Made by a program: the position numbers and the translations under genes. A stretch of DNA of 64,000 nucleotides from Eledone cirrhosa (Eukaryota), in assembly GCA_964016885.1 (NCBI GenBank), contig OZ024742.1, positions 170,934,001-170,998,000 of the forward strand, in the 5' to 3' direction. Positions 31,361 to 45,962 of this stretch are shown here, one piece after another. The notes below the pieces were generated by a model. That model did not search any database. It was not told where the DNA came from and was given only the letters and a program-made list of their open reading frames with translations. The number at the start of each line of letters is the position of its first letter. Position 1 is the first letter of the stretch.

Positions 31361-34300
31361 ATGACCCTCCCCAAATATAACAATATCTGTTTCGACACAC
31401 GATTTCATATAAAAAACCTCGCAAAACTAATTCATCGCCGCTATGGCATTAGCTTGTGCCAAGCTGAAAGGTTATTGAAAGACACTGTTTTCTGTTATAT
31501 AAAAACTACAATAACAACAGAACAAATCCGCTTCTTAAAACACTGTGTTTCCTCCAAAACATACACAACAAACATATCAAAACAAGTAAATAATTTATTA
31601 TTGAACAAAACACAAGCTGAACGGCTAAAACACACAATAACAGTTAATATGAAAAGAACAACATACACAAAAGTCAACGCACTCTACAGACAAAAACGCA
31701 TCAACGGTAAGGAAATCCGAAATCTCATCACAGCAAACGAGAGAGATGACTTCATGAGCGTCATCCGACGCGAAACGAAATATGCTCAAAACGAATGCTG
31801 TAGGCATTTCAAGAAGAAATTAGAATGGATGAATAAGAAAAAACTACAAGAAAGGAAAATCGAATATTCTCAAAAATACCCAGATAACATCGACAACATC
31901 CGTATGAGTGATGTAAAACTACCGGAAGAATTTACCAATGACCACACAGTAAATATCTATGGGAACACTTTAATCAGTGAACAAGAACAACAAATCCTAA
32001 AGTTACCACCAAAATTTGCCATCTACAAAAAGATTAATCCTATGGAATGCAAAACGGAGCTGGAAAAGTGTTTCACAAAAATACGTTGGAATGCAAAGGT
32101 AAACAACAACAACAATAATAACGGTAGTAGTAATATAAACAATAACTCTGGGTATAGAAATAACAGCCATAACCATAACAATGGCAGGAAAGTGAGAAAT
32201 AGTGATAATGGTAATAATACTAGCGATAGACAGAACAACAACAACCACAATAATAATAATAATAGAAACGTTAACCACAGACACAGCAACAGTGACCACA
32301 GTAGTAATAACGGTAACAATACGAACAACAACAACAACAATAACCACAGTGGTAATAATGGAAATAGTACATGTAGCAACATCAACAAAAACAAGAAACA
32401 TAATAATAGTAACAACCACAATGGTAGAAATAGCAGTAACAACAACAACAATAACGGTGAAGTAAACAACAATACATCTAGCAATCATAACAATAATAAT
32501 ATTAATGCTAAGGATAGAAACAACAACAACCACCATGATAACAATAATAGCAACACACACAACTATGACGATAGAAATAACGACAACCCCTTAGAGAAAC
32601 TATTTTTCAACCCAGCTGACAAAACATATAAGATGGGTAATATCTATCCTACGAGGTTACCCTTTAATAAAAGAGTTTGCATACCACAACAAATAGATGA
32701 CGAGACGGAGGCACAGTTCACCATAGCTAGAAATAAGATTAGACAAGTAGTAGACAGGTACACTATGAGACAGAGCAGACCAGAGGCCCAACAACTTGGG
32801 ATAAAACCTGTAGAAGGCTTGGTTAGCCTCAAGCAGCGCACAAGGGATGGTGAGGTAGTGTGTCTACCCACAGATAAGTCTGGTAGGATGTCAATAGATA
32901 GCATGCCGAACTACATCGAGGCAATGCAACCCCACATCACCAACACGAGCGAAGTTGCACAACTAACACACGATGGGAGAGAAAAAATCCTCAACGCTCA
33001 CATGATGATGTGGACTGACATCCTAAAGCCAAGCAGACGCACTGCCAACAACTTCCAGGCGTCTAACAATGGCATACCACCCTTGTATGGGCTCCGCAAA
33101 GACCACAAGACTGTCGACGACCCGACAATAGGACCACCAACAAGACCTGTATGCGGAGCTAATATAGCTAGCAACTACAGGATCTCCTACTTCCTCTCAA
33201 TGGTTATACGCCCCATAATCAAGATGTCCCCAGATGTATGTGAAAGTACAGAGGACCTCCTCAGCAGAATCAGTGAGTGCAACAAAAACAGGAGCCTATC
33301 CAACTGCATAATAGGCAGCATGGATGTGGTGTCACTGTACCCATCCATTAACATTGATTTTGCTGTGAAAAGATGTGTGGAGATGATCATTGAGAGTGAG
33401 GTGGAGTTCTGCGACGTCGACACAGACGAACTGGGCCTCCTACTTAGACTTACCTACGACACTGACTACCTAGACAGCCATGACCTTAGATGTTTCTGCC
33501 CTAGTAGACCTATAAGAGGTAGACCCCCCACCATAACCTCAATGGCTAAAAAGACTCCCATAGGAAGGTGGATTGGGTGGACCAAAGCTATACGGACCCC
33601 CCAAAACACTGATCAGGTAAGAAAAATGGTCGCACATGCAATAGGGGCTAGTATCAAAACTACCCTAAAGGGCCACATATTTAAGTTCAATGAGAAAATC
33701 TACACCCAAAATGAGGGAGCAGCCATCGGCGTCAGCATAGCTGGCGATGTTGCCAACCTTTTCATGGTATGGTGGGAAAGGAGACTTAAAGATCTCCTTA
33801 ATGAAAGCTCCATAGACCTCATCATGTACTCTCGTTATGTAGACGATATCAATATAGTTATAAGAACACCCCCACTAGAGAGCACTAACAAGTTTGATTT
33901 AGAACGTAGCACGATGGAAAGCATCCAGCAGATAGCTAATTCCATACACCAGAGTATAACTGTAACTATAGACTTCCCTTCCAAACACCCTAACAATAGA
34001 CTACCTGTATTAGACACAGAACTCTGGATTAACACTATAGACGAGAGAGCCCAAATTCTCCACTCACACTATGCTAAACCCATGGCCTCCAAATACCTGA
34101 TACTCAAAAACTCAGCAATGTCCAGTAGTGCTAAGTTTAATATTCTGATCGCAGATTTGGTACGAGTGATGAAGAATGTGTCCAGCATGTGCGACCCAAC
34201 AGAAATGGAAGGACACATCCAACACTTCATCAACCGCATGCAGTTCTCTGGCTACAACCAAAGAGACAGAGTCAGAGTATACGAAGGAGCCATGGAAAAG

Positions 34301-34994
34301 TATAAGACCCTCATAGAACTGGACATGAAAGGAATTTGCCCACTATACAGGAGCAAATCATGGAATAGCTTAGATAGGGCTAGACATAAGATAGGGAAGG
34401 CCACATCATGGTACGACAACCAGAGATATCAGAGTGTCATGTTTGTGGACGCCACCCCTGGAGGGAAATTAGCTAACCAGTGTAGAAAGGCCCTGAGAAA
34501 GACCCACTTAAAAATAAAGGTGGTAGAAAAGCCAGGAACCACCATAAAATCCCTGATCAGCAAAACCTACCCTTTTAAGAAAACCCACTGTACCAATAGG
34601 AAATGTATCATATGTAAGGTGAACCCCCGGATAAACTGTAAAACTAGAAACGTAGTCTATAGCATAAGATGTACAGAGGGTACTTGCAGAAACACGACAA
34701 CAACATACATAGGTGAGACAGCTCGTAGCATAGGTGAAAGGATAGACCAACACTGGGGGGAAACTAAAAGGACGAAAAAACGGGTCAGTACTATACGAAC
34801 ATGCTAGACAACATCATGACGGTAACATAGACAACATAGAAATTAGAATAATATCTAAACATAGGAATGACCCAGCAGATAGGCAAATCAGAGAGGCCAG
34901 TGAAATAGAAATTAGAAGACCAAAGCTAAACAGAAAGAATGAGTGGAACAACAACAACACCCAAACAAACAACACTGACCTAAGAGAAGTATAA
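31361..34994 (+). CDS. Family B RT + GIY-YIG ORF, unit 2 (1210 aa if the extra A near 34761 is removed)
   Basis: 1148-aa open frame with all RT motifs. A single +A relative to the other two copies shifts the frame inside the endonuclease. Confidence 0.92.
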
Positions 34995-35268
34995 ATAAAT
35001 AAGTAAATTAAATTAAATAAAATAAGATAAATAAATACATACACAAGCACATAAACACACACTAGTCACCCAGCAGACACAACACTATACACACTAGTCA
35101 CACATCACACATAACACTATACACACACGCAAACGCATGCGCAAAGAAGACAAAATAAAATAAGATAAACAAACAAGCAAATAAATAAATAAATATATAG
35201 ACAGACTGAACAAAAAAAAAAAAATGGCGTAGACATACAACACAACAGGAGGAACAATGAATATAACA

Positions 35269-35308
35269 CCACTGACGATGTTGCAGATGTGCAACGAAAG
35301 ATTTATGT
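35269..35308 (+). ncRNA. Hammerhead-like motif in family B pLTR 3
   Basis: As 31135-31174. Confidence 0.5.
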
Positions 35309-35515
35309 AAACTATATATATATGTGTTTGTCTATATTGTATCTGTATTATTTTTGACCGCCGGTCAGTCAATGGCAACATTGAGGACCGAGTAAGTTAG
35401 ATCGCAGATATATATATATAAAAGACAGCGAGAAGCGAAAACCAACCAAACAGTGAGTGTGTTCTGTTATTAATTCTGGCAATATTACGCAAATATGACC
35501 CTCCCCAAATATAAC

Positions 35516-35516
<1 letters not shown>

Positions 35517-35551
<35 letters not shown>

Positions 35552-35680
35552 CATACATATATATACATATATATATATATATATACATACATATATATAC
35601 ATATATACATATATATACATACATATATATACATATATATATATACATATATATACATATATATATATACATATATATAC

Positions 35681-35727
<47 letters not shown>

Positions 35728-35758
35728 CATATATATATATACACATATATATATATAC

Positions 35759-35821
<63 letters not shown>

Positions 35822-35864
35822 CATATATATATATACATATATATATATACATATATATATATAC

Positions 35865-35913
<49 letters not shown>

Positions 35914-35914
35914 C

Positions 35915-36007
<93 letters not shown>

Positions 36008-36041
36008 CATATATATAGATACATATATATACATACATATA
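35517..36041. repeat. (TA)n/(TACA)n compound microsatellite
   Basis: Visible directly; may be the tail of the adjacent LINE fragment. Confidence 0.9.
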
Positions 36042-36243
36042 TGGTGGCTGCCAACTCGTTTTCGAGTACGGCCACTACTTTATATCCATGTAGGAGAACC
36101 CCTACCAATGCGCTGAACGAGTGTGACTTTTTAGTCGAGCCAGCGACTTGAAAACTCTGGTACAAACACTACACTTGTGACAATTATTGACACATAGTGC
36201 TGGGCCCATGGTACCATGTGATGACAAGTGCAGAGAGATCTCT
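36040..36243 (-). mobile_element. 3' terminal fragment of an RTE-like LINE with a C2H2 zinc-finger motif
   Basis: Translation [25 protein letters not shown] (CX2C..F..L..HX4H), then a short 3' UTR with hairpin CTCGAAAACGAG and a simple-repeat tail. Confidence 0.55.
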
Positions 36244-36294
36244 GTATATATAAGTATATATATGTATATATATATATATGTATATATATGTATA

Positions 36295-36335
<41 letters not shown>

Positions 36336-36469
36336 GTATATATATATATATGTATATATATACATATATATACATACATATATATACATATATATATATA
36401 CATATATATACATATATATACATACATATATATACATATATATACATACATATATATACATATATATAC

Positions 36470-36500
<31 letters not shown>

Positions 36501-36529
36501 CATATATATACATATACATATATATACAT

Positions 36530-36729
36530 NNNNNNNNNNNNNNNNNNNNNNNNNNNNNNNNNNNNNNNNNNNNNNNNNNNNNNNNNNNNNNNNNNNNNNN
36601 NNNNNNNNNNNNNNNNNNNNNNNNNNNNNNNNNNNNNNNNNNNNNNNNNNNNNNNNNNNNNNNNNNNNNNNNNNNNNNNNNNNNNNNNNNNNNNNNNNNN
36701 NNNNNNNNNNNNNNNNNNNNNNNNNNNNN
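36530..36729. other. Assembly gap (200 N)
   Basis: Run of N. Confidence 1.
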
Positions 36730-37017
36730 TGTGTATATATATATATATTATATATTGTGCGTGAGAGAGAGTGTGTATATATATTTGTGTGTGTGTGTGT
36801 GTGTGTATGTGTGTATTCGCGTGTGTGTATATATATGTGTATATTTATGTATAGGTCTGTGTATGTATGTGTATGTTTGTATATATATGGATATATATAT
36901 ATATATATATATATGTATAAATATTTATACATATGCATGTGTATGTGTGTGTGTGTGTATGTGTATATATATGTGTATATATGTGTGTGCGTGTATATAT
37001 ATATGTGTGTGTATATG

Positions 37018-37062
<45 letters not shown>

Positions 37063-37168
37063 GTGTGTGTGTATGTGTATATATGTGTGTGTGTATGTGT
37101 GTGTATATGTGTATATATAACATGTATATGTGTGTGTATATTTATATATATATATGTATATATGTGTG

Positions 37169-37202
<34 letters not shown>

Positions 37203-37276
37203 TGTATATACATGCGTGTATATATGTGTATATATATGTTTATATATTTGTATATGTATGTTTGTATGTGTGTTTG

Positions 37277-37315
<39 letters not shown>

Positions 37316-37378
37316 GTATATATGTGTGTGTGTCTGTATGCATATGTGTGTGTATATTTTTATATATATGTATATATT

Positions 37379-37432
<54 letters not shown>

Positions 37433-37492
37433 TAAGTGTGTATGTATGTGTGTATATATATATGTATATATGTGGGTGCGTGTATATATGTG

Positions 37493-37551
<59 letters not shown>

Positions 37552-37562
37552 ATATATATGTG

Positions 37563-37596
<34 letters not shown>

Positions 37597-37646
37597 TATG
37601 TATGGTGCTTTTTCCTTATATATGTGTATATGTGTGTATGTGTGTG

Positions 37647-37729
<83 letters not shown>

Positions 37730-37771
37730 ATGTATGTGTGCCTGTGTGTTTGTATGTGTATATATTTGTTT

Positions 37772-37812
<41 letters not shown>

Positions 37813-37963
37813 ATATATGTATATATGTATATGGTTATATATATGAATGTATATATATATATGTATATGTATATATATGTGTGTGTGTGTGTTTGTGTGT
37901 ATGTGTGTGTATATGTGTGTGTATGGGTTTTTATATATACATGTATGTATGTGTGTGTATGTA

Positions 37964-38016
<53 letters not shown>
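36730..38016. repeat. Compound (TA)/(TG) low-complexity region
   Basis: Visible directly; may belong to the family D right arm. Confidence 0.85.
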
Positions 38017-38017
<1 letters not shown>

Positions 38018-38060
38018 TATACGTATGTGTGTGTATATATATGTGTATGTATGTATGTGT

Positions 38061-38158
<98 letters not shown>

Positions 38159-38321
38159 ATATGTGTCTGTGTATATGTATGTATATATGTCTATATGTAT
38201 TTATGTGTATATGTATACACATGTATATTTGTGTTTGTATGTATGTGTGTGATTGTATTTATATGTGTATATATGTGTGTGTGTGTGTATGTATGTGTAT
38301 GTGTGTGTGTATGTGTATATA

Positions 38322-38372
<51 letters not shown>

Positions 38373-38957
38373 ATATGTGTTTGTGTGTGTGTTAATGGTT
38401 GCGCGTAAGTGTGTGAGTGAGTATGTTTTTTTGTTTTTTTTGTGAATGTGTCTGTTGATTTTTGGCATATAGTTGATTAGTTTAAGAGAAGTTCGAAGAT
38501 AATAGTAAGATATGCACTCAGTATTTTGAATCTGTCTGCAGAATTTCTAGACCTTTGTCACTTAGTAGAACCTTAATGATTTTAGCTTTTAAAGAATCTC
38601 CCTTTTCTTTAATTCTATCGACCATGACTGACCCCCCACTGATTTTATAGACATCTGTTAGCTTAAGAGAAACTTAATGACAAGGAATGGTATGCCATCC
38701 GGAACCTGTTTATAGAATTCTGTCTGCCCTTGTTACTCTAAAAACATAAATAAATAAAAATAAACTATAGCTTTGTAGAATTAGCTTTTAATGAATTCCC
38801 TTTTCTATCAACCAATGACCTGCACCCATCCCACTCCCCACCCTCTCCTACCACTTGTAGAGACCTATAAATACCATTTTTATTTTTTGATACCCAGATT
38901 CCTGATGATTTCTAATGAATGAAACAGTTCTAGTCCTGTAGAATCTCATCTATATTA
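38017..38957 (+). mobile_element. Right arm of family D element
   Basis: Reverse complement of 24467-25492 with few substitutions; ends CATCTATATTA into (TA)n. Confidence 0.8.
38896..38946 (+). ncRNA. Type I hammerhead ribozyme (family D)
   Basis: AGATTC CTGATGA T-TTC taat GAA-T GAA ACAG ttctagtc CTGT A GAATCT: 6-bp stem I, 4-bp stem III, GUA triplet. Confidence 0.8.
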
Positions 38958-40452
<1,495 letters not shown>

Positions 40453-40576
40453 ATATTAAAATAACAGATTAAAGTTTAAGCAAAGAATCGCTGCTTTCAC
40501 CATTAACAGGATCTTCTGAAACTAAAAAAATCAATCTGTGAACGCAGAAGTAAATATTTCGTAAAACGTTACACAC

Positions 40577-40608
<32 letters not shown>

Positions 40609-40928
40609 ATACACATTGTCCTAATCCACACACACACACAGCGTCATAATGTCGTAATGCAGACAGCCGACATACAGACAGATATTATAAGGGTGCAACG
40701 TTATATCTATGTATCTATCTAAAAAGAAAGACTAAGAATTATAGAGAGAGATCGCTAAATCGCCTAATGCGGTCCCTAGGGCATCGAAATTTGAAATTTC
40801 TCTTGCTCAAACCACTCACAGGACCATAAGTATTACATATGTAAAGTTTGGAAACAATCGGCTGGGTGATTCTCGAAGTTTAGGGAGTCAGACAGAGAGA
40901 CAGACATTCTCTGTTTTAGATATATAGA
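40453..40928 (-). mobile_element. 5' half of a family H Helitron-like element
   Basis: On the minus strand it starts A|TCTATATATCTAAAACAGAGAATGTCTGTC. Homologous to 1-487, including the HHR module. Confidence 0.72.
40473..40523 (-). ncRNA. Hammerhead-like motif (family H, copy 3)
   Basis: Reverse complement reads AGTTT CAGAAGA TCCTGTTAATGGT GAAAGCAGCGATTCTTTGCTT AAACT. Confidence 0.52.
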
Positions 40929-41039
40929 TAAGTGAACTAACACACATACACACTTATATGTGTATATACACACATGAATACATACGCACGTACATACATA
41001 CACCTGTACAAACACACACACACACACTCACACACACAC

Positions 41040-41099
<60 letters not shown>

Positions 41100-41653
41100 A
41101 TGTGTGTAAATATCTACGTATATATATACTCCTCAAAGGTCAATCACGAAAAAGATAGATGGCATGTCAGGCCTTGACAATTGTAGTTGACTAGAAAAAC
41201 TCAAATTGTATTCTCTCCAACGCCGCCGTGAGTGCTACATTAGCTGCATGATGTGGAAAATATTCCAACAACATTGCCCAAATAATGTTGGCATTACCTT
41301 TAAATTTCACCCAAGACTTAGGCCCCGTGCTATCCGCTCACAATAAAAATCACACTCGCATCTCATAACAACAATACGGCACAATTATTTCACTCCATTT
41401 GGCCTCGCTCTCTTTAACATTACACAAAAACTCATTAAAACAGAAACAGACCCCATAAAGTTTGTCTTTGGACAAATTCATTCAAGAAACCCCGCATAAA
41501 CCTCCTACACCCGGATATGTCTCCGCAAACAATAACTCCTTTCTTGAGTGGGCCATGATGTCCAAATCTTGATTTGAAAGACTTCGTCAGGTGGTGCTAT
41601 TAAGTTAACATGGCCTGGGCCAATACTGGCCAAAACCTATAAAAGTTATCAAA

Positions 41654-41710
<57 letters not shown>

Positions 41711-41713
<3 letters not shown>

Positions 41714-41811
41714 GGTATCCCCCCAAAAAGTATACGCTCTTCAACAGAATTCTAATAAATATTGCCTGTCCAGGTAATCAAAGTGTGTATACAATTTTCG
41801 GGGACATTCTG
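41711..41811. mobile_element. Tc1/mariner-like MITE
   Basis: TA|CAGGGTATCCCCCCAAAAAGTATACGC...AAGTGTGTATACAATTTTCGGGGACATTCTG; same terminal repeat family as 3035-3111. Confidence 0.55.
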
Positions 41812-42507
41812 CATGAATGGGAAATTTGAGAATCCAAACGAAGGAAATAATTGTATTAACAGACAATCTCAATAAATAATAACTGTGAGAATCGGGTGAA
41901 ATACTCCTACATATTTCTAATGTGAGGGTGTCTGCTTTACGGTACACACGGACACACACACATACAGACACACACATATATATGTATATACATATATAAT
42001 GTAATAGAAAAGGAGAGGAAATATATTTCCAAATTTTAACAATAAATATATATCCAAGCTGAGATAGAAAATGTTATATAGATATAAATATTTTAGAATA
42101 ATTGTGTAATGCATAAAAAATAGAATATAAACCGGTTTAATAGATAGCAGAGAAGACAGGAGGCAAGACATATTTTCTGTATCTTAACGTTTTCATGCAA
42201 TTATTGGGATAATTGCACACGAAAAACATGTATATAAGTATATTATATGGAATACGTTATACATGTATACTTATATATATTGTTAAGGGCTTAATTGAAC
42301 GTGTACTTTCTTAGATGCCATTCAAATATTTATTTTGATACACACAACTATTTATGGTACCCCCCCACACACACACATATATATATCATTCCGAATTGAT
42401 CTTGACAGAAACTAAGAATTCTACAGGAATTGACGCAATTTTTCCTATTGAATGTAATATTTTCAAAATATAACCTTCAATTTATCAGTGAAGCATTTAC
42501 ATAAATA

Positions 42508-42663
<156 letters not shown>

Positions 42664-43104
42664 CACGCACAAACAGAAACTCACATATATAAACACAATA
42701 TATACGAACCTTTATATGTACGTATATTCATGTATGTTTTGTAATCTCACTCCTAACTATTTATCAATATTCTTTGAATGTTTCACCACAATTTATCGTG
42801 AGAGACGTTTTTACTTAATTTATCAAATATGGATAAACCTCATAAATTTGTCCATTTCAATTTAATAACATTCATTTAATTTTAAATTGTAGGTTAAAGC
42901 TTTCTACACCCAATGGATGGGGTTTTTCATGAGCATATGAAGATTGAAGTTATTTTATGTGTGTATATACATATAATTATAATAAAACTGAATTTGTAGA
43001 GGGGAAAAATTCTGAAGTTGAGTTTTTCATTAGAGGCGGAGGTGGCAATGTATTCACTCAGGGCTATTTTTCTGTATTCCCGAATTTTAATTTAGGATCT
43101 ATGA

Positions 43105-43300
43105 ACGGCCGGCCATACGTTGACGAATACTGTTTTTTGTCTGTCCTATGTAGTGCTTTCGACAGGCTGAGCAATTCAACACATATATCAGATTTTCTGA
43201 TGCGCATGGGAAATTGTATTTCACTGTAAAGCGTTGCCTTTGTTTGAAGCGGAACTCCGATGCTTCAAAATGTGAACTTTCCCTCCCGAAATTTGTATTT
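43105..43300 (-). pseudogene. GIY-YIG endonuclease fragment of a further PLE family (G, Neptune-like)
   Basis: FTVKYNFPCASENLIYVLNCSACRKHYIGQTKNSIRQRM. Confidence 0.8.
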
Positions 43301-43728
43301 AAAAACAAATGTATCCCCCCATATTCTTCTTATTCCTATTAATATGCACTTTAATTGCATTATACACTTCTGTCGTTGAAAAAGCGTATAAGCTGAAACC
43401 GGTACAGTTAAAAGCGGAAATTCCTATTTTGTAAATAAATGTTTTGATATTATTCTAAACGAAAATCTCTTTAGCATTGTCTAATCTCTTTTCCTTTTTT
43501 TTATTTTTGTTACTATATATATACATATATAGTAAAAGAAATAAAAAAAGGAAAAGGCATTAGAAAGTGCTAAAGAGATTTTATCTCAGAATAATATCAA
43601 AACATTAAGGGTGAAAGCAACGATTCTTTGCTTAGACTTTAATCTGTTATTTTAATAAATATATATAAATATATATAGAAAAAAATAGGGAAAAAAATAT
43701 TTTTCTTCCTAATAATCGATTTTTCTCT

Positions 43729-43782
<54 letters not shown>

Positions 43783-43858
43783 AGAAAAAAAAACGATTAT
43801 TAGGATGAAAAAAATATATTTTCCTTATTTTTTTCTATTTTTTTCTGGGTTAGAAAAT

Positions 43859-43950
<92 letters not shown>

Positions 43951-44374
43951 GTATATATATACATATATCTATCTATCTATCTATCTATATATATATTTTA
44001 CACGTTTTTATTGTATGTAAACTTCCCCCTTTGTATTTGTCCCCTTCTTTTGTGCCCCTGTGGCTAATAAAGAAATATATCTATATATATATACACATGT
44101 ATATATAATATATATATATATATATATACACATGTATATATATTATATATATATACATGTATATACACACATATATGTATATATACACATGTATATATAT
44201 ATATATACACATGTATATATAATATATATATATACACATGTATATATATTATATATATATACATGTATATACACACATATATGTATATATACACATGTAT
44301 ATATATATACACATGCATATATATATATATATATTTATATTTATATGTATGCATGTATATATATCTAAAGTCTG

Positions 44375-44560
44375 TCTTAAGCCAGAAGGCCGGTGCTTAT
44401 CCAGGTTTCTTGGAATGAAGCGACTGAGAGTACAAGACTCCCCCCCTGGACGCCAGTCGATCACAGGGTTAAACCTCCAGTTATTGTTGCTACTCATTTT
44501 CAGTTGAGTATACTGGAGCAACGTGAAATGAAGAGTTTTGCTCAAGAACACAACACGCAG
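44375..44560 (-). mobile_element. SINE body
   Basis: Reverse complement GTGTTCTTGAGCAAAACTCTTCATTTCACGTTGCTCCAG is shared with 45200-45327 and partly with 50150-50225. Confidence 0.6.
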
Positions 44561-44599
44561 CTTGAAAACCGGTCATATATTTTTTGTTCTTGTTTTTCT

Positions 44600-44820
44600 T
44601 CTTCGCTCACTTAATCCTGAGAGGGTCGCTGGCGTAGAATCCTCAAATACTCCTTCCAGCAGGGTCTGCCAGAAGCAACCGTCTCCAACTGATCAAGCGT
44701 CATCAGCCAAACTCATGAATGTTATCCAACCATCTTGCTTGGTGTCTACCCCTGGGTCTCCTAGCTGTTGATTTTTGCCAGTAAAATCTGTCCAGCGATT
44801 CTTTCCTGGGGAACTCTAAC
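44600..44820 (-). mobile_element. 3' fragment of an RTE-like LINE
   Basis: ARRPRGRHQARWLDNI resembles the RTE C-terminal R.RGRP..RW.D motif; followed by a GAAGAA/A-rich tail. Confidence 0.5.
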
Positions 44821-45199
44821 CACATGCCCGTAATTTTATTCACAAAAAAAACAAAACAAAAGAAAACATATACTTGGGATATACATATATTTGTTATGTC
44901 TATTTTTTTATATACGAAACCTGTGACTGTGTGACAATGCTGGTACATTAAGTAACTCGTAGAGTCCTACCAACGGGATTCCAAAAATGTCTGTCTACAC
45001 AATGTCACTCATACTGTTTGTATCGATGCGAGGACACACACACACACACGTATATATATACATATACATATATATATACATATATATGTATGTGTATATA
45101 TATATTTATATAAAAGAACGATCGACTTTCGTCAAATCGGACCAAGGAACAATGTTTTCGTCGGTCTTTCCAGTTGATAGTACTATCTATCGGTCGCAA

Positions 45200-45469
<270 letters not shown>

Positions 45470-45560
45470 CGAAGGAAATGTGGTAAGGAACCAGGTGGAC
45501 CATAACGCACCAAAGTACTCAATACTTGGGGTAGTAGAGTGGGTAATAGGAACCAGTAAG

Positions 45561-45654
45561 ACCCCGACGGCTGAGCTCAAGCCGTTTCGACGGCTAGTTC
45601 TGGACTAAATGAAAATTTATCCTCGTATTTAAATAGCCGATCTTCTCAAGGGGT
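45561..45654 (-). ncRNA. Type I hammerhead, U3-A8 core variant (family E, left arm)
   Basis: Reverse complement of 47395-47488 with few differences. Confidence 0.75.
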
Positions 45655-45962
45655 AATTCCATATATGGTCAAAGTGATTGTCAAAAGTCAGTAGTAATTC
45701 TGTGATTGCAAATTAGTAGGGGAGATGGTGGCTAAACCTGCCAGTAGGAGAAAGAGGGGAGGGAGTGGAGTAGACCCAATCAAGCGTTGGTAGTGCCAGC
45801 TACAGCTGGGCATGAGGTCAAAGAAGATACTGGGGAGGGGGAGGAGGTCGGAACGGTAGGTAGAACAATGAGGGGTAAAAATATATATGAAAGAAAAAAT
45901 ACTGAGAGTGAAGAATAGCGAATAAGTGTAAAGAAAAAAGTAAAGCAAGTTCTACGACCTAA

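Larger units (their letters stand above)
25525..35516 (+). mobile_element. Tandem Penelope-like retroelement family B (Neptune/Nematis-like): inverted pLTR piece, partial unit, two full 4134-bp units and tail
   Basis: The ORF start ATGACCCTCCCCAAATATAAC recurs at 27227, 31361 and 35495 (period 4134). 25525-25826 is the reverse complement of about 27009-27310. The partial unit is 25826-27226. (TA)n lies on both sides. Confidence 0.95.

Noticed and set aside
36102-36243. C2H2 zinc-finger host exon
   Set aside because: A single finger followed by a stop, short UTR and repeat tail with no clear splice context fits a LINE C-terminus better.
35369-38468. Long ORFs of YI/CV/HT repeats here and at 11635, 48240 and 58545-63541
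   Set aside because: They are translations of dinucleotide microsatellites with no coding signal.
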